Source: a virus (taxonomy: Duplodnaviria > Caudoviricetes). From it: DNA of 59,071 nucleotides. The stretch covers positions 1-59,071 of IMG/VR virus record IMGVR_UViG_3300021961_000108; one strand, written 5' to 3'. Position 1 is the stretch's first letter. Each line of letters starts with the position of its first letter. The notes under the pieces are model-generated. The model was given only the letters and a program-made list of their open reading frames with translations, was not told where the DNA came from and searched no databases. The position numbers and the translations under genes were made by a program. Positions 6,267 through 16,552 of the stretch are shown here, one piece after another.

Positions 6267-8280
6267 TTTTGAAGATGCATGGTTAGGTCTTGGCGATTTA
6301 TCTAAGCTATCTATTAGTCAAAATTTAATGATTAATAGGTCCAGAGAAGATATAGAAAATCCCGACAGACATTTGCTTAAGATTATGAGAAATCCATTAT
6401 ATTTGGGATCTACTTGTAAACTATTAATGAATATAGAGTTACATCCTATTCAAATAGCCATATTACAAGAATTTTGGTCTCGTCCATTTCCAATGTTCGT
6501 GGCTAGTCGTGGTTTTGGCAAAAGCTTTATTTTAGCTCTTTATGCTACCTTAAAATGTATCTTTATTCCTGGAACCAAAATAGTTATAGTTGGTTCAGCA
6601 TTTCGTCAAAGCAAAGTAATATTTGAATATATGGAAACTATTTGGAGAAATAGCCCAATACTAAGAAGTATATTCGGAGGTAATGATGATGGCCCACGGC
6701 GTGATGTTGATAGATGTACTATGAGATATGGCGATAGCTGGGCTATTGCTATTCCTATGGGTGATGGTAGTAAAATTAGAGGTTTACGCGCCCATATTAT
6801 TATTGCGGACGAATTCGCATCCATAAGCCCGGATATTTATGAAACAGTTGTTTCTGGCTTCGCAGCAGTAAGCGCTAGTCCTATTCAAAATGTTAAAGAA
6901 CAAGCTAAAAAAGCAGAAATGCAAAAGCAAGGATTATGGAATGATGAATTAGAAGCTCTAGATTATAAGATGAGCAATCAAGCAATAATCGCTGGAACAG
7001 CAGACTATGCGTTTAAGCACTTTGCAAAATACTGGAAAAGATATAAAGCTATCATTAATAGCAAGGGAGATCCTCAAAAATTAAAAGAGGTATTTACAGA
7101 AGAAATTCCAGATAATTTTAATTGGAAAGATTATAGTATTATTCGTATTCCTTATGAGCTTATTCCCAAAGGATTCATGGACGATAAACAAGTAGCACGA
7201 GCAAAAGCCACAATACATACTGGTATATACAATATGGAATATGCCGCTTGCTTTGTTGAGGATAGCGAAGGATTCTTTAGACGCAGTTTGGTTGAAAGCT
7301 GTGTAGTTTCCGAGGATAAAAATATAACAGATTCCCACGGGAAAATTATACTATTTGATGCCACAGTCAAAGGGTCGAGCCATAAGCAGTATATCTATGG
7401 AATTGATCCTGCATCAGAAAATGATAATTTTAGCATAGTGATTTTAGAACTTAATGGAGATCACAATAGAATAGTATATTGTTGGACTACTAATAGAAAT
7501 AATTTTAAAGATCGTCAAAAAACTGGATTAATAAATGACTATGATTTTTATGGATTTTGTGCAAGAAAGATACGTAATCTAATGAAAACATTTCCTTGTG
7601 CTAGAATAGGATTAGATGCTCAAGGAGGAGGTATAGCTATCGAAGAAGCATTACATGATCCAGATAAACTAGAACCAGGAGAAACTTTAATTTGGCCAAC
7701 AATAGACTATAACAAATCTAAAGATACTGATAATCAACAAGGATTACATATTCTAGAATTGGTGCAGTTTGCAAGAGCCGACTGGACGAGCCAAGCTAAT
7801 CATGGTTTGCGTAAAGATATGGAAGATAAATTAACATTATTTCCTAGATTTGATAATTTAACAATAGGATTAACACTAGCGGCTGAGAACAAAGATATTC
7901 TTGAAGCAGACCTTAATCCTATATATGATAGTTTAAGTGAGTGTGTTGTAGAGATAGAAGAACTCAAAAACGAATTAACAACTATAGTAATGACACAAAC
8001 TAGTCAAGGACCAAATGCTCGCGATAGATGGGATACTCCCGAAGTCAAATTGTCTAGTGGTAAAAAGGGCAGATTACGCAAAGACCGCTATAGTGCATTA
8101 CTAATAGCAAATATGCTAGCAAGACAAATGACACGATCATATAAAACTATTGAGTATGATGTTATTGGAGAAAATGCAAAAAATGCTGTTCAACAAAATG
8201 GTCAAATGTACAAAGGACCAGAATGGTTTACGGCCAATGCTAATGATAATGATATATATTTAGGAATTTATAATAATTGA
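6256..8280 (+). CDS. terL: Terminase large subunit
   Basis: Adenine-binding LHPIQ, Walker A ASRGFGKS, RGLRA and Walker B IIIADE, RNase-H YIYGIDPA, C-terminal KDRYSAL; followed by portal. Confidence 0.93.
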   Translation: MSYNFEDAWLGLGDLSKLSISQNLMINRSREDIENPDRHLLKIMRNPLYLGSTCKLLMNIELHPIQIAILQEFWSRPFPMFVASRGFGKSFILALYATLKCIFIPGTKIVIVGSAFRQSKVIFEYMETIWRNSPILRSIFGGNDDGPRRDVDRCTMRYGDSWAIAIPMGDGSKIRGLRAHIIIADEFASISPDIYETVVSGFAAVSASPIQNVKEQAKKAEMQKQGLWNDELEALDYKMSNQAIIAGTADYAFKHFAKYWKRYKAIINSKGDPQKLKEVFTEEIPDNFNWKDYSIIRIPYELIPKGFMDDKQVARAKATIHTGIYNMEYAACFVEDSEGFFRRSLVESCVVSEDKNITDSHGKIILFDATVKGSSHKQYIYGIDPASENDNFSIVILELNGDHNRIVYCWTTNRNNFKDRQKTGLINDYDFYGFCARKIRNLMKTFPCARIGLDAQGGGIAIEEALHDPDKLEPGETLIWPTIDYNKSKDTDNQQGLHILELVQFARADWTSQANHGLRKDMEDKLTLFPRFDNLTIGLTLAAENKDILEADLNPIYDSLSECVVEIEELKNELTTIVMTQTSQGPNARDRWDTPEVKLSSGKKGRLRKDRYSALLIANMLARQMTRSYKTIEYDVIGENAKNAVQQNGQMYKGPEWFTANANDNDIYLGIYNN

Positions 8281-8297
8281 GTGTATAAAATAAATAA
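8281..8297 (+). promoter_or_regulatory. Putative late promoter motif GTGTAT upstream of portal
   Basis: The same (G)GTGTAT motif precedes several structural genes (10421, 11294, 13633, 33887, 49418). Confidence 0.55.
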
Positions 8298-8334
8298 TCC
8301 AACCACATTTGTACCACAATCTAACTAGGTATTT

Positions 8335-10521
8335 ATGGCTAAAAAATATCCAAAAAGCGAAGCTATTAATTCGGCCGAAACTTCTAATGAACCAGCTTTT
8401 ATAGCTTGGGGTAATGATGATGCTTCTAGAGCAGAAGCAATGAAAGAATCAGCAGGATGTTTGTCTGAATATACAGTTGTTGAAAGGGCAGACGCTACTC
8501 GTCGTTACACCTTAGATTATTCTAATCTAGATAATAATACTTCTGGTCGTCCAGGATTAACCAAATCCGACTACTATTACTTCAGACCGGGTGAAGCTAC
8601 CCCAGTTAGAGTAAAACAAATAATACAAAGAGCCGAAGATATTTATCAAAGAGTAGGTTTGGTAAAAAATGTTATTGATCTTATGGGAGACTTTGCTTCT
8701 CAAGGAGTAAGATTAGTTCATAAGAATAAAAGAATAGAAAGATTCTATAGGAAATGGTTTAAAAAAGTACGAGGCAAAGATCGTAGCGAAAGATTTTTAA
8801 ATAATCTATACAAAACAGGTAACGTTGTTATTAATAGACAAACAGGTAAACTTAATTTAAAAGTTACTAATGAACTATATAAGAGTATAGCAGCTCCTGA
8901 TCTTACCATAAATAGTTTAGAACCTATAGTTGAAAAAAGAGAAATTCCATGGAGATATACTTTTATAGATCCTGTTGTTGTAGATGTTGTAGCAGGACCC
9001 ATATCATCTTTTGTACAGCAAAAATTATTTGAAATATCATTACCATCTCCTATCCGAAAAGCTATTCTTGCACCAAAAACAGATATTGAAAGACAAATTG
9101 TTGCCTCATTACCATTAACTATTATTGAGGCCGCAAAACAAAAAAAGGGATATGCTCTAGATCCTAGTAAAACATTAGTATTTCATTACAAAAAAGACGA
9201 TTGGCAAAGTTGGGCATATCCCATGATATATGCTATTATGGATGATATTACAATATTAGAGAAATTAAAATTAGCTGATATGTCAGCTCTTGACGGCGCT
9301 ATTAGTAATATTCGTATTTTTAAGTTAGGAAGTTTAGAACATAAAATAGCCCCAACCAAAGCTGCTACTGGTAAATTAGCTCAAATTCTTGGTAATAATG
9401 TTGGCGGTGGCACAATGGATCTTGTTTGGGGGCCAGATATAGAATTAGTAGAAAGTAAAACTAGTGTTCATCAATTTTTAGGTGAAGCTAAATATATTCC
9501 GCATCTTAATAGTGTTTATGCAGGATTGGGTATTCCTCCAACACTTACCGGAACTTACGGCGCTGCGGGAACAACTAATAATTTTATTAGCTTAAAAACA
9601 CTTACTCAAAGATTACAATATGGTAGAGATATATTAACAGACTTTTGGGAAGAAGAAATTGCTATAGTACAAAAAGCTATGGGTTTTAGATATCCTGCAA
9701 AAGTAGAATTTGATAAGATGGATCTTAGTAATGAAGATGCAGAAAAGGCTCTATTAATTCAATTAGCTGATCGTAATTTAATTAGTGATGAACTATTACA
9801 AAGTCGTTTTGGATTTGATTCTGATATGGAGAAATCTAGATTAATGAGAGAGTATAAAGATAAGAAGAAGCGTCGCACAGTTCCCAAAGCTGGTCCATGG
9901 CATGATCCACAATTAGAAAATAGCTTAAAGAAAATTGTTTTGCAGGGAGGTTCTGTATCTCCTAGTCAGGTTGGATTAGAATTAGATAAGAAAAAACCTG
10001 GTGAAAAAAATGCTCTAGAGGTTAAACAAGAATTAGTTGTTCCTAAGACCGGTTCGCCCACACCACCAATTTCTAATTCTCCATTATCCGGCCAACCTGG
10101 ACAGGGCCGTCCAAAAAATAGCAAAGATTCAGAACCAAGAAAAACCAAAAGATTTGCTCCTCAAACTGGTGCTAGTTTAAGTATATGGGCAAATAATATT
10201 CAAGATAAAATTAGCAATATTATAAATCCTATTATGTTAGACTTTTATAATAAGAAAAATCTTAGAAGTTTATCTCATGAAGAAAATAAAGAGCTAGAAA
10301 AAATTAAAACCAAGATCTTCTTCTCTCTTGAACCATTTGATGAAGCAACACAAGATCATATTCTAGGTAAACTAAATCAAATAAATGATCAAAAAATTTT
10401 GGCAACAATAGACCAGTATAGTGTATGGTTAAATCAGCTAAAGATGGATCTTAACATAGAACTATCTATAGATAATATCAAACAAGCTAAATCTTCTTTT
10501 TATACTCAAATAAATTCATAA
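8335..10521 (+). CDS. Portal protein
   Basis: 728 aa directly after TerL; helical core with GLVKNVID, LGIPPTL and LQYGRD segments and a low-complexity tail typical of portals. Confidence 0.8.
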   Translation: MAKKYPKSEAINSAETSNEPAFIAWGNDDASRAEAMKESAGCLSEYTVVERADATRRYTLDYSNLDNNTSGRPGLTKSDYYYFRPGEATPVRVKQIIQRAEDIYQRVGLVKNVIDLMGDFASQGVRLVHKNKRIERFYRKWFKKVRGKDRSERFLNNLYKTGNVVINRQTGKLNLKVTNELYKSIAAPDLTINSLEPIVEKREIPWRYTFIDPVVVDVVAGPISSFVQQKLFEISLPSPIRKAILAPKTDIERQIVASLPLTIIEAAKQKKGYALDPSKTLVFHYKKDDWQSWAYPMIYAIMDDITILEKLKLADMSALDGAISNIRIFKLGSLEHKIAPTKAATGKLAQILGNNVGGGTMDLVWGPDIELVESKTSVHQFLGEAKYIPHLNSVYAGLGIPPTLTGTYGAAGTTNNFISLKTLTQRLQYGRDILTDFWEEEIAIVQKAMGFRYPAKVEFDKMDLSNEDAEKALLIQLADRNLISDELLQSRFGFDSDMEKSRLMREYKDKKKRRTVPKAGPWHDPQLENSLKKIVLQGGSVSPSQVGLELDKKKPGEKNALEVKQELVVPKTGSPTPPISNSPLSGQPGQGRPKNSKDSEPRKTKRFAPQTGASLSIWANNIQDKISNIINPIMLDFYNKKNLRSLSHEENKELEKIKTKIFFSLEPFDEATQDHILGKLNQINDQKILATIDQYSVWLNQLKMDLNIELSIDNIKQAKSSFYTQINS

Positions 10522-10525
10522 TATT

Positions 10526-12082
10526 ATGCTAATATATCCAGCTGAAATTAATGATGGTCTAGAAGAAGCTATTAAGGCTTCCGCCTCTATATCGTATGCT
10601 TCTGCTGCTCAAAGATCAGAAAAAGATTCTGATAGCTCAAAATGCTTAATAAAAACAGAAGCTGCTATAAAAGATTCAGATTTATATTATGTACAATCTA
10701 TTTTAGTAAGTTCATCATGGAATAAAAATGATGATATATTTGATAAGGCAGAAATTTGGGTTGCTAAAGATTCACCAGAAGATAAACCAACTAATCTTGA
10801 GCATGATGAAAGTGTTATTATCGGCCATATTACTTCTAACTGGCCCATTGATGATAGTGGAAATCTTTTAGATGTAAATACTCCAGCTGATAAATTACCA
10901 GAAAAATATCATATAGTTACTGGATCAGTTATTTATCGTGGATTTACTGATCCTCATCTTAGAGAAAGAGCCGAAAAATTAATATCTGAAATAGAAAATG
11001 GTACAAAATTTGTTAGTATGGAATGCTTTTTTAAAGGTTTTGATTATGGATTATTAAATACTAAAAATGGACAATATACCATATTACCACGCAATCAAAG
11101 TACTGCCCATTTAACAAAATTTTTACGAGCATATGGCGGAGTTGGAGAACACGATAACTATAAAATTGGTAGAGTATTACGTAATATTACTTTTAGCGGC
11201 AAAGGTTTTGTTGATAAACCAGCTAATCCAGATAGTATTATTTTTTCAAAAAGTTGCATTTGTGATAAAAAAAATGATTCTTTCACAGAATTAGGTGTAT
11301 TAACCAATAAGTCAACCTGTATACCGGAGACCAAAGATATGAGTTTAGAAAATACAACAGAAAATATTCAAACAGAAGAATCCCAAGCTACTACTACTGT
11401 AGAAAGTAACATTGTGGAGTCTCCTGTAGCAGAAGTAGTGACTGAAACAGAAGCCGCTATGCCACTAAAGTCAGAAGATGACATGGATAGCAAAAAAGAA
11501 GAAATCATGAAAATGCTTGAAGAAAAGGCTATGAAAATGGCCGAAGAAAAAGCTATGAAAATGATGGAAGAAAAAGCTATGAAAATGACAGAAGAAGTTG
11601 GCTTAATGAAAGCAGAATATGAGGCCAAATATAAGGCTGCTGTTGCAGAACTAGAAACTGTCAAAACAGAACTTACTCAAGCTCAAGAAGCTATTGCGGC
11701 TTACAAAAACAAAGAAGCGGAAATGATGAAAAAAGAGAAAAAGAACAAAAGAATGGCCGCTCTTGTTGAACTTGGTGTAGATAAGGAGTTAGCAAGTACA
11801 ACTGTTGATAAACTAGAACAAGTTGATGATGACACTTTTGAAACATTCAAGGGTTTATTTTCTGTAAGCACTGTTGCTAAAACAGAAGATAGCGAAGTGT
11901 CAGAATCAGTAGCTTCTGATGAAACAACAGTAACACCTGAACTTCTTGATAATATTGAAACAGAAGAATCCGTTGATTTATCCATTGGTTCAGAAAGTGT
12001 TTCTTCATTAGAAACTACTCGCTCCGAACTTCTTGAATTCGTATGTGCTAGACTAGGCAAAAAACTTAATAAGGGAGAATAA
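10526..12082 (+). CDS. Prohead protease fused to scaffold region
   Basis: NKNDDIF, NLEHD..IIGHI, VSMEC, FSGKGFVDKPANP motifs (His/Ser prohead protease pattern), followed by an acidic coiled-coil C-terminal half. Confidence 0.8.
   Translation: MLIYPAEINDGLEEAIKASASISYASAAQRSEKDSDSSKCLIKTEAAIKDSDLYYVQSILVSSSWNKNDDIFDKAEIWVAKDSPEDKPTNLEHDESVIIGHITSNWPIDDSGNLLDVNTPADKLPEKYHIVTGSVIYRGFTDPHLRERAEKLISEIENGTKFVSMECFFKGFDYGLLNTKNGQYTILPRNQSTAHLTKFLRAYGGVGEHDNYKIGRVLRNITFSGKGFVDKPANPDSIIFSKSCICDKKNDSFTELGVLTNKSTCIPETKDMSLENTTENIQTEESQATTTVESNIVESPVAEVVTETEAAMPLKSEDDMDSKKEEIMKMLEEKAMKMAEEKAMKMMEEKAMKMTEEVGLMKAEYEAKYKAAVAELETVKTELTQAQEAIAAYKNKEAEMMKKEKKNKRMAALVELGVDKELASTTVDKLEQVDDDTFETFKGLFSVSTVAKTEDSEVSESVASDETTVTPELLDNIETEESVDLSIGSESVSSLETTRSELLEFVCARLGKKLNKGE
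11339..12082 (+). CDS. Probable nested in-frame scaffolding protein, 247 aa
   Basis: Internal GGTGTAT (11294), GGAG SD (11326-11329) and in-frame ATG (Met272, MSLENTTE...) at the protease/coiled-coil boundary. Confidence 0.65.
   Translation: MSLENTTENIQTEESQATTTVESNIVESPVAEVVTETEAAMPLKSEDDMDSKKEEIMKMLEEKAMKMAEEKAMKMMEEKAMKMTEEVGLMKAEYEAKYKAAVAELETVKTELTQAQEAIAAYKNKEAEMMKKEKKNKRMAALVELGVDKELASTTVDKLEQVDDDTFETFKGLFSVSTVAKTEDSEVSESVASDETTVTPELLDNIETEESVDLSIGSESVSSLETTRSELLEFVCARLGKKLNKGE
11498..11596 (+). repeat. 24-bp tandem repeat, about 4 copies, encoding (EEKAMKMx)n
   Basis: ATGAAAATG at 11507, 11531, 11555 and 11579. Confidence 0.9.
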
Positions 12083-12083
12083 T

Positions 12084-12533
12084 ATGGCTCTTAAACCTGA
12101 TCGAATCGAAGTACTCACTGATGTATCATTCTTCATGAATACAACTGGTGTCCGTGGTGGCGTAGTTTCTACTGTCACTAGCGGCTCAGGCGTAGCAATG
12201 GATGACGCTGCTGCTGTTGTATCTTATGCATCTGCAGCTAGTGGCGCTCTTCCTGTGGGCGTTTTACTTAATGATGTTGTTAATTATGACCTAACTCGTC
12301 AACACATCAACTGGCATAAAGACGAGGTACAAGTTGGTGGCAAGGTTACTCTATTGAGAGTGGGCCAAGTTACAACCAATATGGTTGATGGCACACCAAG
12401 TGCTGGTAGTGGTGCTTATGTTGGTGCCAATGGTCTAATTTCGACCACAAGTACCAATGCTGTGCAAATTGGCTCGTTCTTGAGCAAAGTAGATGCCGAT
12501 GGTTATGCCAAAGTCTCAGTCAATATTCGATAA
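12084..12533 (+). CDS. Capsid decoration/cement protein
   Basis: 149-aa beta-rich, Gly-rich protein between scaffold and MCP; strong AAGGGAG SD; highly-expressed codon usage. Confidence 0.7.
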   Translation: MALKPDRIEVLTDVSFFMNTTGVRGGVVSTVTSGSGVAMDDAAAVVSYASAASGALPVGVLLNDVVNYDLTRQHINWHKDEVQVGGKVTLLRVGQVTTNMVDGTPSAGSGAYVGANGLISTTSTNAVQIGSFLSKVDADGYAKVSVNIR

Positions 12534-12558
12534 TTTTTTAAATAAGGGAGAAACACTT

Positions 12559-13572
12559 ATGTCAGCAGTTAATACAAAAACTTTTAAACCAACACCAGAA
12601 CTTACCGATCTTTTGGTAAAATCTGGTTCTGCCAATAGAGAGGTATCTCTTGCTGCTAATGCAGAATTTGCTAAGGCACTTGAACTACCACTACGTCAAG
12701 GTTTACTTAGTGGAGATATTCTGGATGGTATTTTCGAGCCAATCGCATTGGCCCAAAGTGCTACTCCCGAGTTTCCATTAGACTTTTTAGCTCCAGGCAC
12801 AGAAAAAGACTTTGTTGCCTACACCGTTCCTAATCACGGTTATGTACCAGAGCGTCATGTTGAAGGCGATTATGTCATGGTTCCAACCTATGATATCGGC
12901 GCTAGCATTGACTATCTCTTAAAGTATGCTCGTGATGCTCGCTGGGACGTTGTTGGTCGTGCTATGGAAGTTCTAGAAGGTTCATTCGTTAAGAAGATGA
13001 ATGATGATGGTTGGCACACTGTGCTTGCTGCTGGTGTTGATCGTAACATCGTAGTTTATGACAGTGATGCTACCGCTGGTCTTTTCTCGAAGAGACTAGT
13101 TAGTTTAATGAAAACAGTTATGCGTCGTAATGGTGGTGGTAACAGCGCCAGTAATAATCGTGGCATGTTAACAGACCTTTATGTTTCACCAGAAGCTATG
13201 GAAGATATCCGTAATTGGGGTATTGATCAAGTTGACGAAACAACTCGTCGTGAGATCTATACCGCTGCTGACGGTACTCTAAATCGTGTATTCGGCATCA
13301 ATCTTCACGATCTAGACGAACTTGGTGAAGGCCAAGAGTATCAACTATTCTATAGCAATACTCTTAGTGGTAGTCTTCCAGGTAGTAAGCTAGAAGTTGT
13401 TGTTGGTCTTGATCTTCGCAAGAGAGACAGCTTCATAATGCCAGTTCGTCAAGAAGTTCAAATCTTCGAGGACGATACTCTACATCGTCAGAAGAGAGCT
13501 GGTTTCTATGGTTGGGCTGAACAGGGCTTTGCTGTTCTAGACAATCGTAGAGTATTACTTGGTGCTCTATAA
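12559..13572 (+). CDS. Major capsid protein (HK97-fold likely), 337 aa
   Basis: Start reassigned to ATG 12559 (AAGGGAG SD); size, position, biased codons and downstream terminator; C-terminal GFYGWAEQGFAVLD. Confidence 0.85.
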   Translation: MSAVNTKTFKPTPELTDLLVKSGSANREVSLAANAEFAKALELPLRQGLLSGDILDGIFEPIALAQSATPEFPLDFLAPGTEKDFVAYTVPNHGYVPERHVEGDYVMVPTYDIGASIDYLLKYARDARWDVVGRAMEVLEGSFVKKMNDDGWHTVLAAGVDRNIVVYDSDATAGLFSKRLVSLMKTVMRRNGGGNSASNNRGMLTDLYVSPEAMEDIRNWGIDQVDETTRREIYTAADGTLNRVFGINLHDLDELGEGQEYQLFYSNTLSGSLPGSKLEVVVGLDLRKRDSFIMPVRQEVQIFEDDTLHRQKRAGFYGWAEQGFAVLDNRRVLLGAL

Positions 13573-13596
13573 TAGCTCATATATAATTTGACTACG

Positions 13597-13631
13597 AAAA
13601 TAGGGCTGGCCTTGTGCCAGCCTTATTTTTT
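13597..13631 (+). terminator. Rho-independent terminator after MCP
   Basis: AAAATAGGGCTGGC-cttgt-GCCAGCCTTATTTTTT. Confidence 0.9.
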
Positions 13632-13632
13632 A

Positions 13633-13650
13633 GGTGTATTATACAAATAG
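13633..13650 (+). promoter_or_regulatory. Putative late promoter GGTGTAT immediately after the terminator
   Basis: Recurrent motif, 40 bp before the next ATG. Confidence 0.6.
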
Positions 13651-13672
13651 CATCCTAGCATAAGGAGAAACT

Positions 13673-14188
13673 ATGGGTTGGCAAGCAGATATTACAAATT
13701 TAGTTAGGGTTCTTATAAATGATTTATCAGAAACACCAACATATAGCGATGATAGAATTGCTCAAACAATAACTGTTGCTGCTAGGTATGTTCAATTTGA
13801 TGTGCAATTAGATCAAGAGTATGTTGTAGATAGCATTAATAATACTATTACTCCGGATCCTACAGTAAATAAAGATGAAATCTTTTTATGCTTAGTAGGT
13901 CTTAGAGCAGCTTGTATTATTGATCAAAGTACTTTTAGAACCAAGGCTCTATTAGATGGGATAAATGCTTCTCTTGGTCCAGCTAAATTAAGTGTTGCTG
14001 GTAATTTAGCCGGATTTAAAGAGATTCTTAATCAAGGTCCGTGCAAACTATACGGAGATCTTTCCGAACATTGGGATGTGCAACAAGCCACAGCGGTTGC
14101 TGCTGTTCTTAGTCCCTTTGTTGGTAACAAATTCGATCCATTTATGCTTATTGCGTACGATAATCATAGACACAAAAATATGTTTTAA
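13673..14188 (+). CDS. Head-tail adaptor/connector-like protein
   Basis: VRVLINDL...YSDDRI N-terminus and position after MCP; AAGGAG SD. Confidence 0.6.
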   Translation: MGWQADITNLVRVLINDLSETPTYSDDRIAQTITVAARYVQFDVQLDQEYVVDSINNTITPDPTVNKDEIFLCLVGLRAACIIDQSTFRTKALLDGINASLGPAKLSVAGNLAGFKEILNQGPCKLYGDLSEHWDVQQATAVAAVLSPFVGNKFDPFMLIAYDNHRHKNMF

Positions 14189-14200
14189 AGAGGCTTCTCA

Positions 14201-14629
14201 ATGTCAGCAGCCAATTATAATTTTTCCATTGAAAGAGGAACTTCTTTTAGGCTTTCTCTTATTTACAAGGATGCTAACGAAAATCCTATAGATATTACAA
14301 ACTGGTGCGCACGATTAACAATGAAAACAGAATATAATGCTGTTAGTAAAAAAAGTTTGTCATCTACGAAAACTTATTCTACAACTAATTTAGACTATTC
14401 TTTATATAAATTTTATATTGATGGTCCAGAAGGCAAATTGACCCTATTACTTCCATCTGATACAACGAATGATTTTGATTTTGATAGTGCTAAATATGAT
14501 CTAGAACTACAAAGTGACGATACTTTTTATGCTAGTGGGGGTAACTATACAGTTAGATTGCTTTACGGTGTAATTACAATTAAACAAAGATATAGTAGCT
14601 CAGACGTAGCATTGGATTGTCAAGTATGA
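14201..14629 (+). CDS. BppU-N-like / fibre-anchoring virion protein (paralog of 33940..34368)
   Basis: YNFSIERGTSF...YKD...IDITNWCAR...YDLEL...RLLYGVITI pattern. Confidence 0.65.
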   Translation: MSAANYNFSIERGTSFRLSLIYKDANENPIDITNWCARLTMKTEYNAVSKKSLSSTKTYSTTNLDYSLYKFYIDGPEGKLTLLLPSDTTNDFDFDSAKYDLELQSDDTFYASGGNYTVRLLYGVITIKQRYSSSDVALDCQV

Positions 14630-14874
14630 GCGATATTGTAATTGTAGAAACATCTAATGAAACTAATATTATAGCTATCGAAGCTGATGGAGATAATATT
14701 ATTAGTTTGGAAGATCAAACAGTTATTAATATAGAAATTGTAAATACTGAAAAACTATTAGCTAGCGATTTACCTGATAATATTCCATTTACGAAGATCA
14801 AAAAAGATGGTGTTGATGGAGTAGACTATTATTTGGATAACTATTTTTATGAATTGGATTGTGGATCACCCTAA
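14626..14874 (+). CDS. Small acidic virion protein ending ELDCGSP
   Basis: ATG 14626 overlaps the upstream stop (ATGA). Confidence 0.7.
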   Translation: MSDIVIVETSNETNIIAIEADGDNIISLEDQTVINIEIVNTEKLLASDLPDNIPFTKIKKDGVDGVDYYLDNYFYELDCGSP

Positions 14875-14896
14875 TTATAACTTATAGAGGTACAAG

Positions 14897-16519
14897 ATGG
14901 CCATCAATAATTTAATTCAATTTAGAAGAGGAACAACTTCTCAATGGAATAATGCATCTGGACTATTAGGTCATGGTATATTATATAATGGTGAGTTAGG
15001 TTTTGATACAACAACAAAAAGATTTAAAATTGGTGATGGATCAACACACTGGGCTAGCGGATTACCATATGCTGCTATAGTTCCCACAGGATTCTTAGGA
15101 ACCAACGGAGTAGGACTAACACTTGGTCCTGATGGATCAACACTAACTATAGAAGTTACAGGAATATATAGTACTCAAGTTAATGATTTTAACAGCGCTG
15201 TTGATGCGAGAATAACCGCCGCTTCTATTAGCGAAGAACAAATACATGATATTCTTGGTAGTGGAAATCATATTACTACTGGATTTTTGCGAAATGGAAA
15301 TGGATTAGAATGGACATACGATGACCCTAATAATACTTTAACTATTGCGGTCACCGGAATCTCTACATCTGTGATTAACGATTTTAATAGTCATACTCAT
15401 GTTTGGTCTAATATTACAGATGCTTCTACCAAAGCTACTCTTGCCGAACTAACATACTTATCTGGAGTAGCGGCCGGAACAGCTAGTGCAGGTAGAGCTG
15501 TTGTATTAGATAGTAGTAAAAATATTGTTGGTATTAATGATTTAACTACTGATGGTAATGTTACTGTTGGTGGAAATCTTAATGTTTTAGGAACAACAAC
15601 TACTGTTAATAGTACTACTGTAAATATTGGTGATAATATTATTCAAGTTAATGTTTCTGGCGCAGAAAGTCTTGGCGGTTTGCAAGTACTAGATCATGAT
15701 AATAGTTTGGCCCATCAAATAGTATGGGATATTAATGATAGTAGATGGGAGTTTATTAGTAATTCTGGATCAACGCCAAATGTTTTTACTTCTGGTAATA
15801 TTAGTGCTAATACATTAACATCAACAGTTAGTAATGGTACAGCACCGTTAACAGTTAGTTCTAGTACTCTTGTTAATAACTTAAATGCTGATCTATTGGA
15901 TGGACAACATGGATCTTATTATAGAAACTTTATTAATTTAAGTGGTTTACCTAGTCCTATTATTACTGGCACATTAACTGGTGATGTTACTGGTACCAGC
16001 AGCGTAACGCTCACAGATTTAACTAATGGCGTTCTTACCATTAATACAACTATTGCTAGTAATAGCGTTGCTCTTGGCACCGATACTACTGGACAATATG
16101 CTAGCACAGTTGGTGTTGCTGGTACAGGATTATCAGCAACATCCCCAAATGCCGATGATGGTACAGCATATACTATAACTAGTAATGCAACTCATGATAA
16201 TGCTACTGGTACAATAGTAGCAAGAGATAGTACTGGCAGTTTCTATGCTGGCACAGTTTATGCTACATTTAATGGTAATGGATCTAGTATTACTAATTTA
16301 AATGCTAGTAATATTAATGCTGGTACAATTGGAGTGGCTTATTTACCAAATAATATTCCTGTTACAAAGTTGGCTAGTAGTGGAATAACATTAGGTAATA
16401 CCACAGTTAACCTTGGACAAACTAGCACGGTTATTGATGGATTAACAAGAATTAGTGGTGTTAGTACTAATAATCCAACTTATTTACACTATGTTGTAAT
16501 TGATGGTGGTTCTCCATAA
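14897..16519 (+). CDS. Tail fibre-like protein with Mtd-N/hyaluronidase-type N-terminal domain
   Basis: IQFRRGT..W..L..GELGFDT..FKIGDG..W; NLNADLLDGQH repeat; S/T/G-rich. Confidence 0.8.
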   Translation: MAINNLIQFRRGTTSQWNNASGLLGHGILYNGELGFDTTTKRFKIGDGSTHWASGLPYAAIVPTGFLGTNGVGLTLGPDGSTLTIEVTGIYSTQVNDFNSAVDARITAASISEEQIHDILGSGNHITTGFLRNGNGLEWTYDDPNNTLTIAVTGISTSVINDFNSHTHVWSNITDASTKATLAELTYLSGVAAGTASAGRAVVLDSSKNIVGINDLTTDGNVTVGGNLNVLGTTTTVNSTTVNIGDNIIQVNVSGAESLGGLQVLDHDNSLAHQIVWDINDSRWEFISNSGSTPNVFTSGNISANTLTSTVSNGTAPLTVSSSTLVNNLNADLLDGQHGSYYRNFINLSGLPSPIITGTLTGDVTGTSSVTLTDLTNGVLTINTTIASNSVALGTDTTGQYASTVGVAGTGLSATSPNADDGTAYTITSNATHDNATGTIVARDSTGSFYAGTVYATFNGNGSSITNLNASNINAGTIGVAYLPNNIPVTKLASSGITLGNTTVNLGQTSTVIDGLTRISGVSTNNPTYLHYVVIDGGSP

Positions 16520-16552
16520 TTTATTATACTGGTAGTTTTTTAAGGATACTTT

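Noticed and set aside
6256-8280. Intein or intron in the long TerL
   Set aside because: No C/S...HN-C/S/T splice motifs or LAGLIDADG blocks seen; the extra length is in short insertions.
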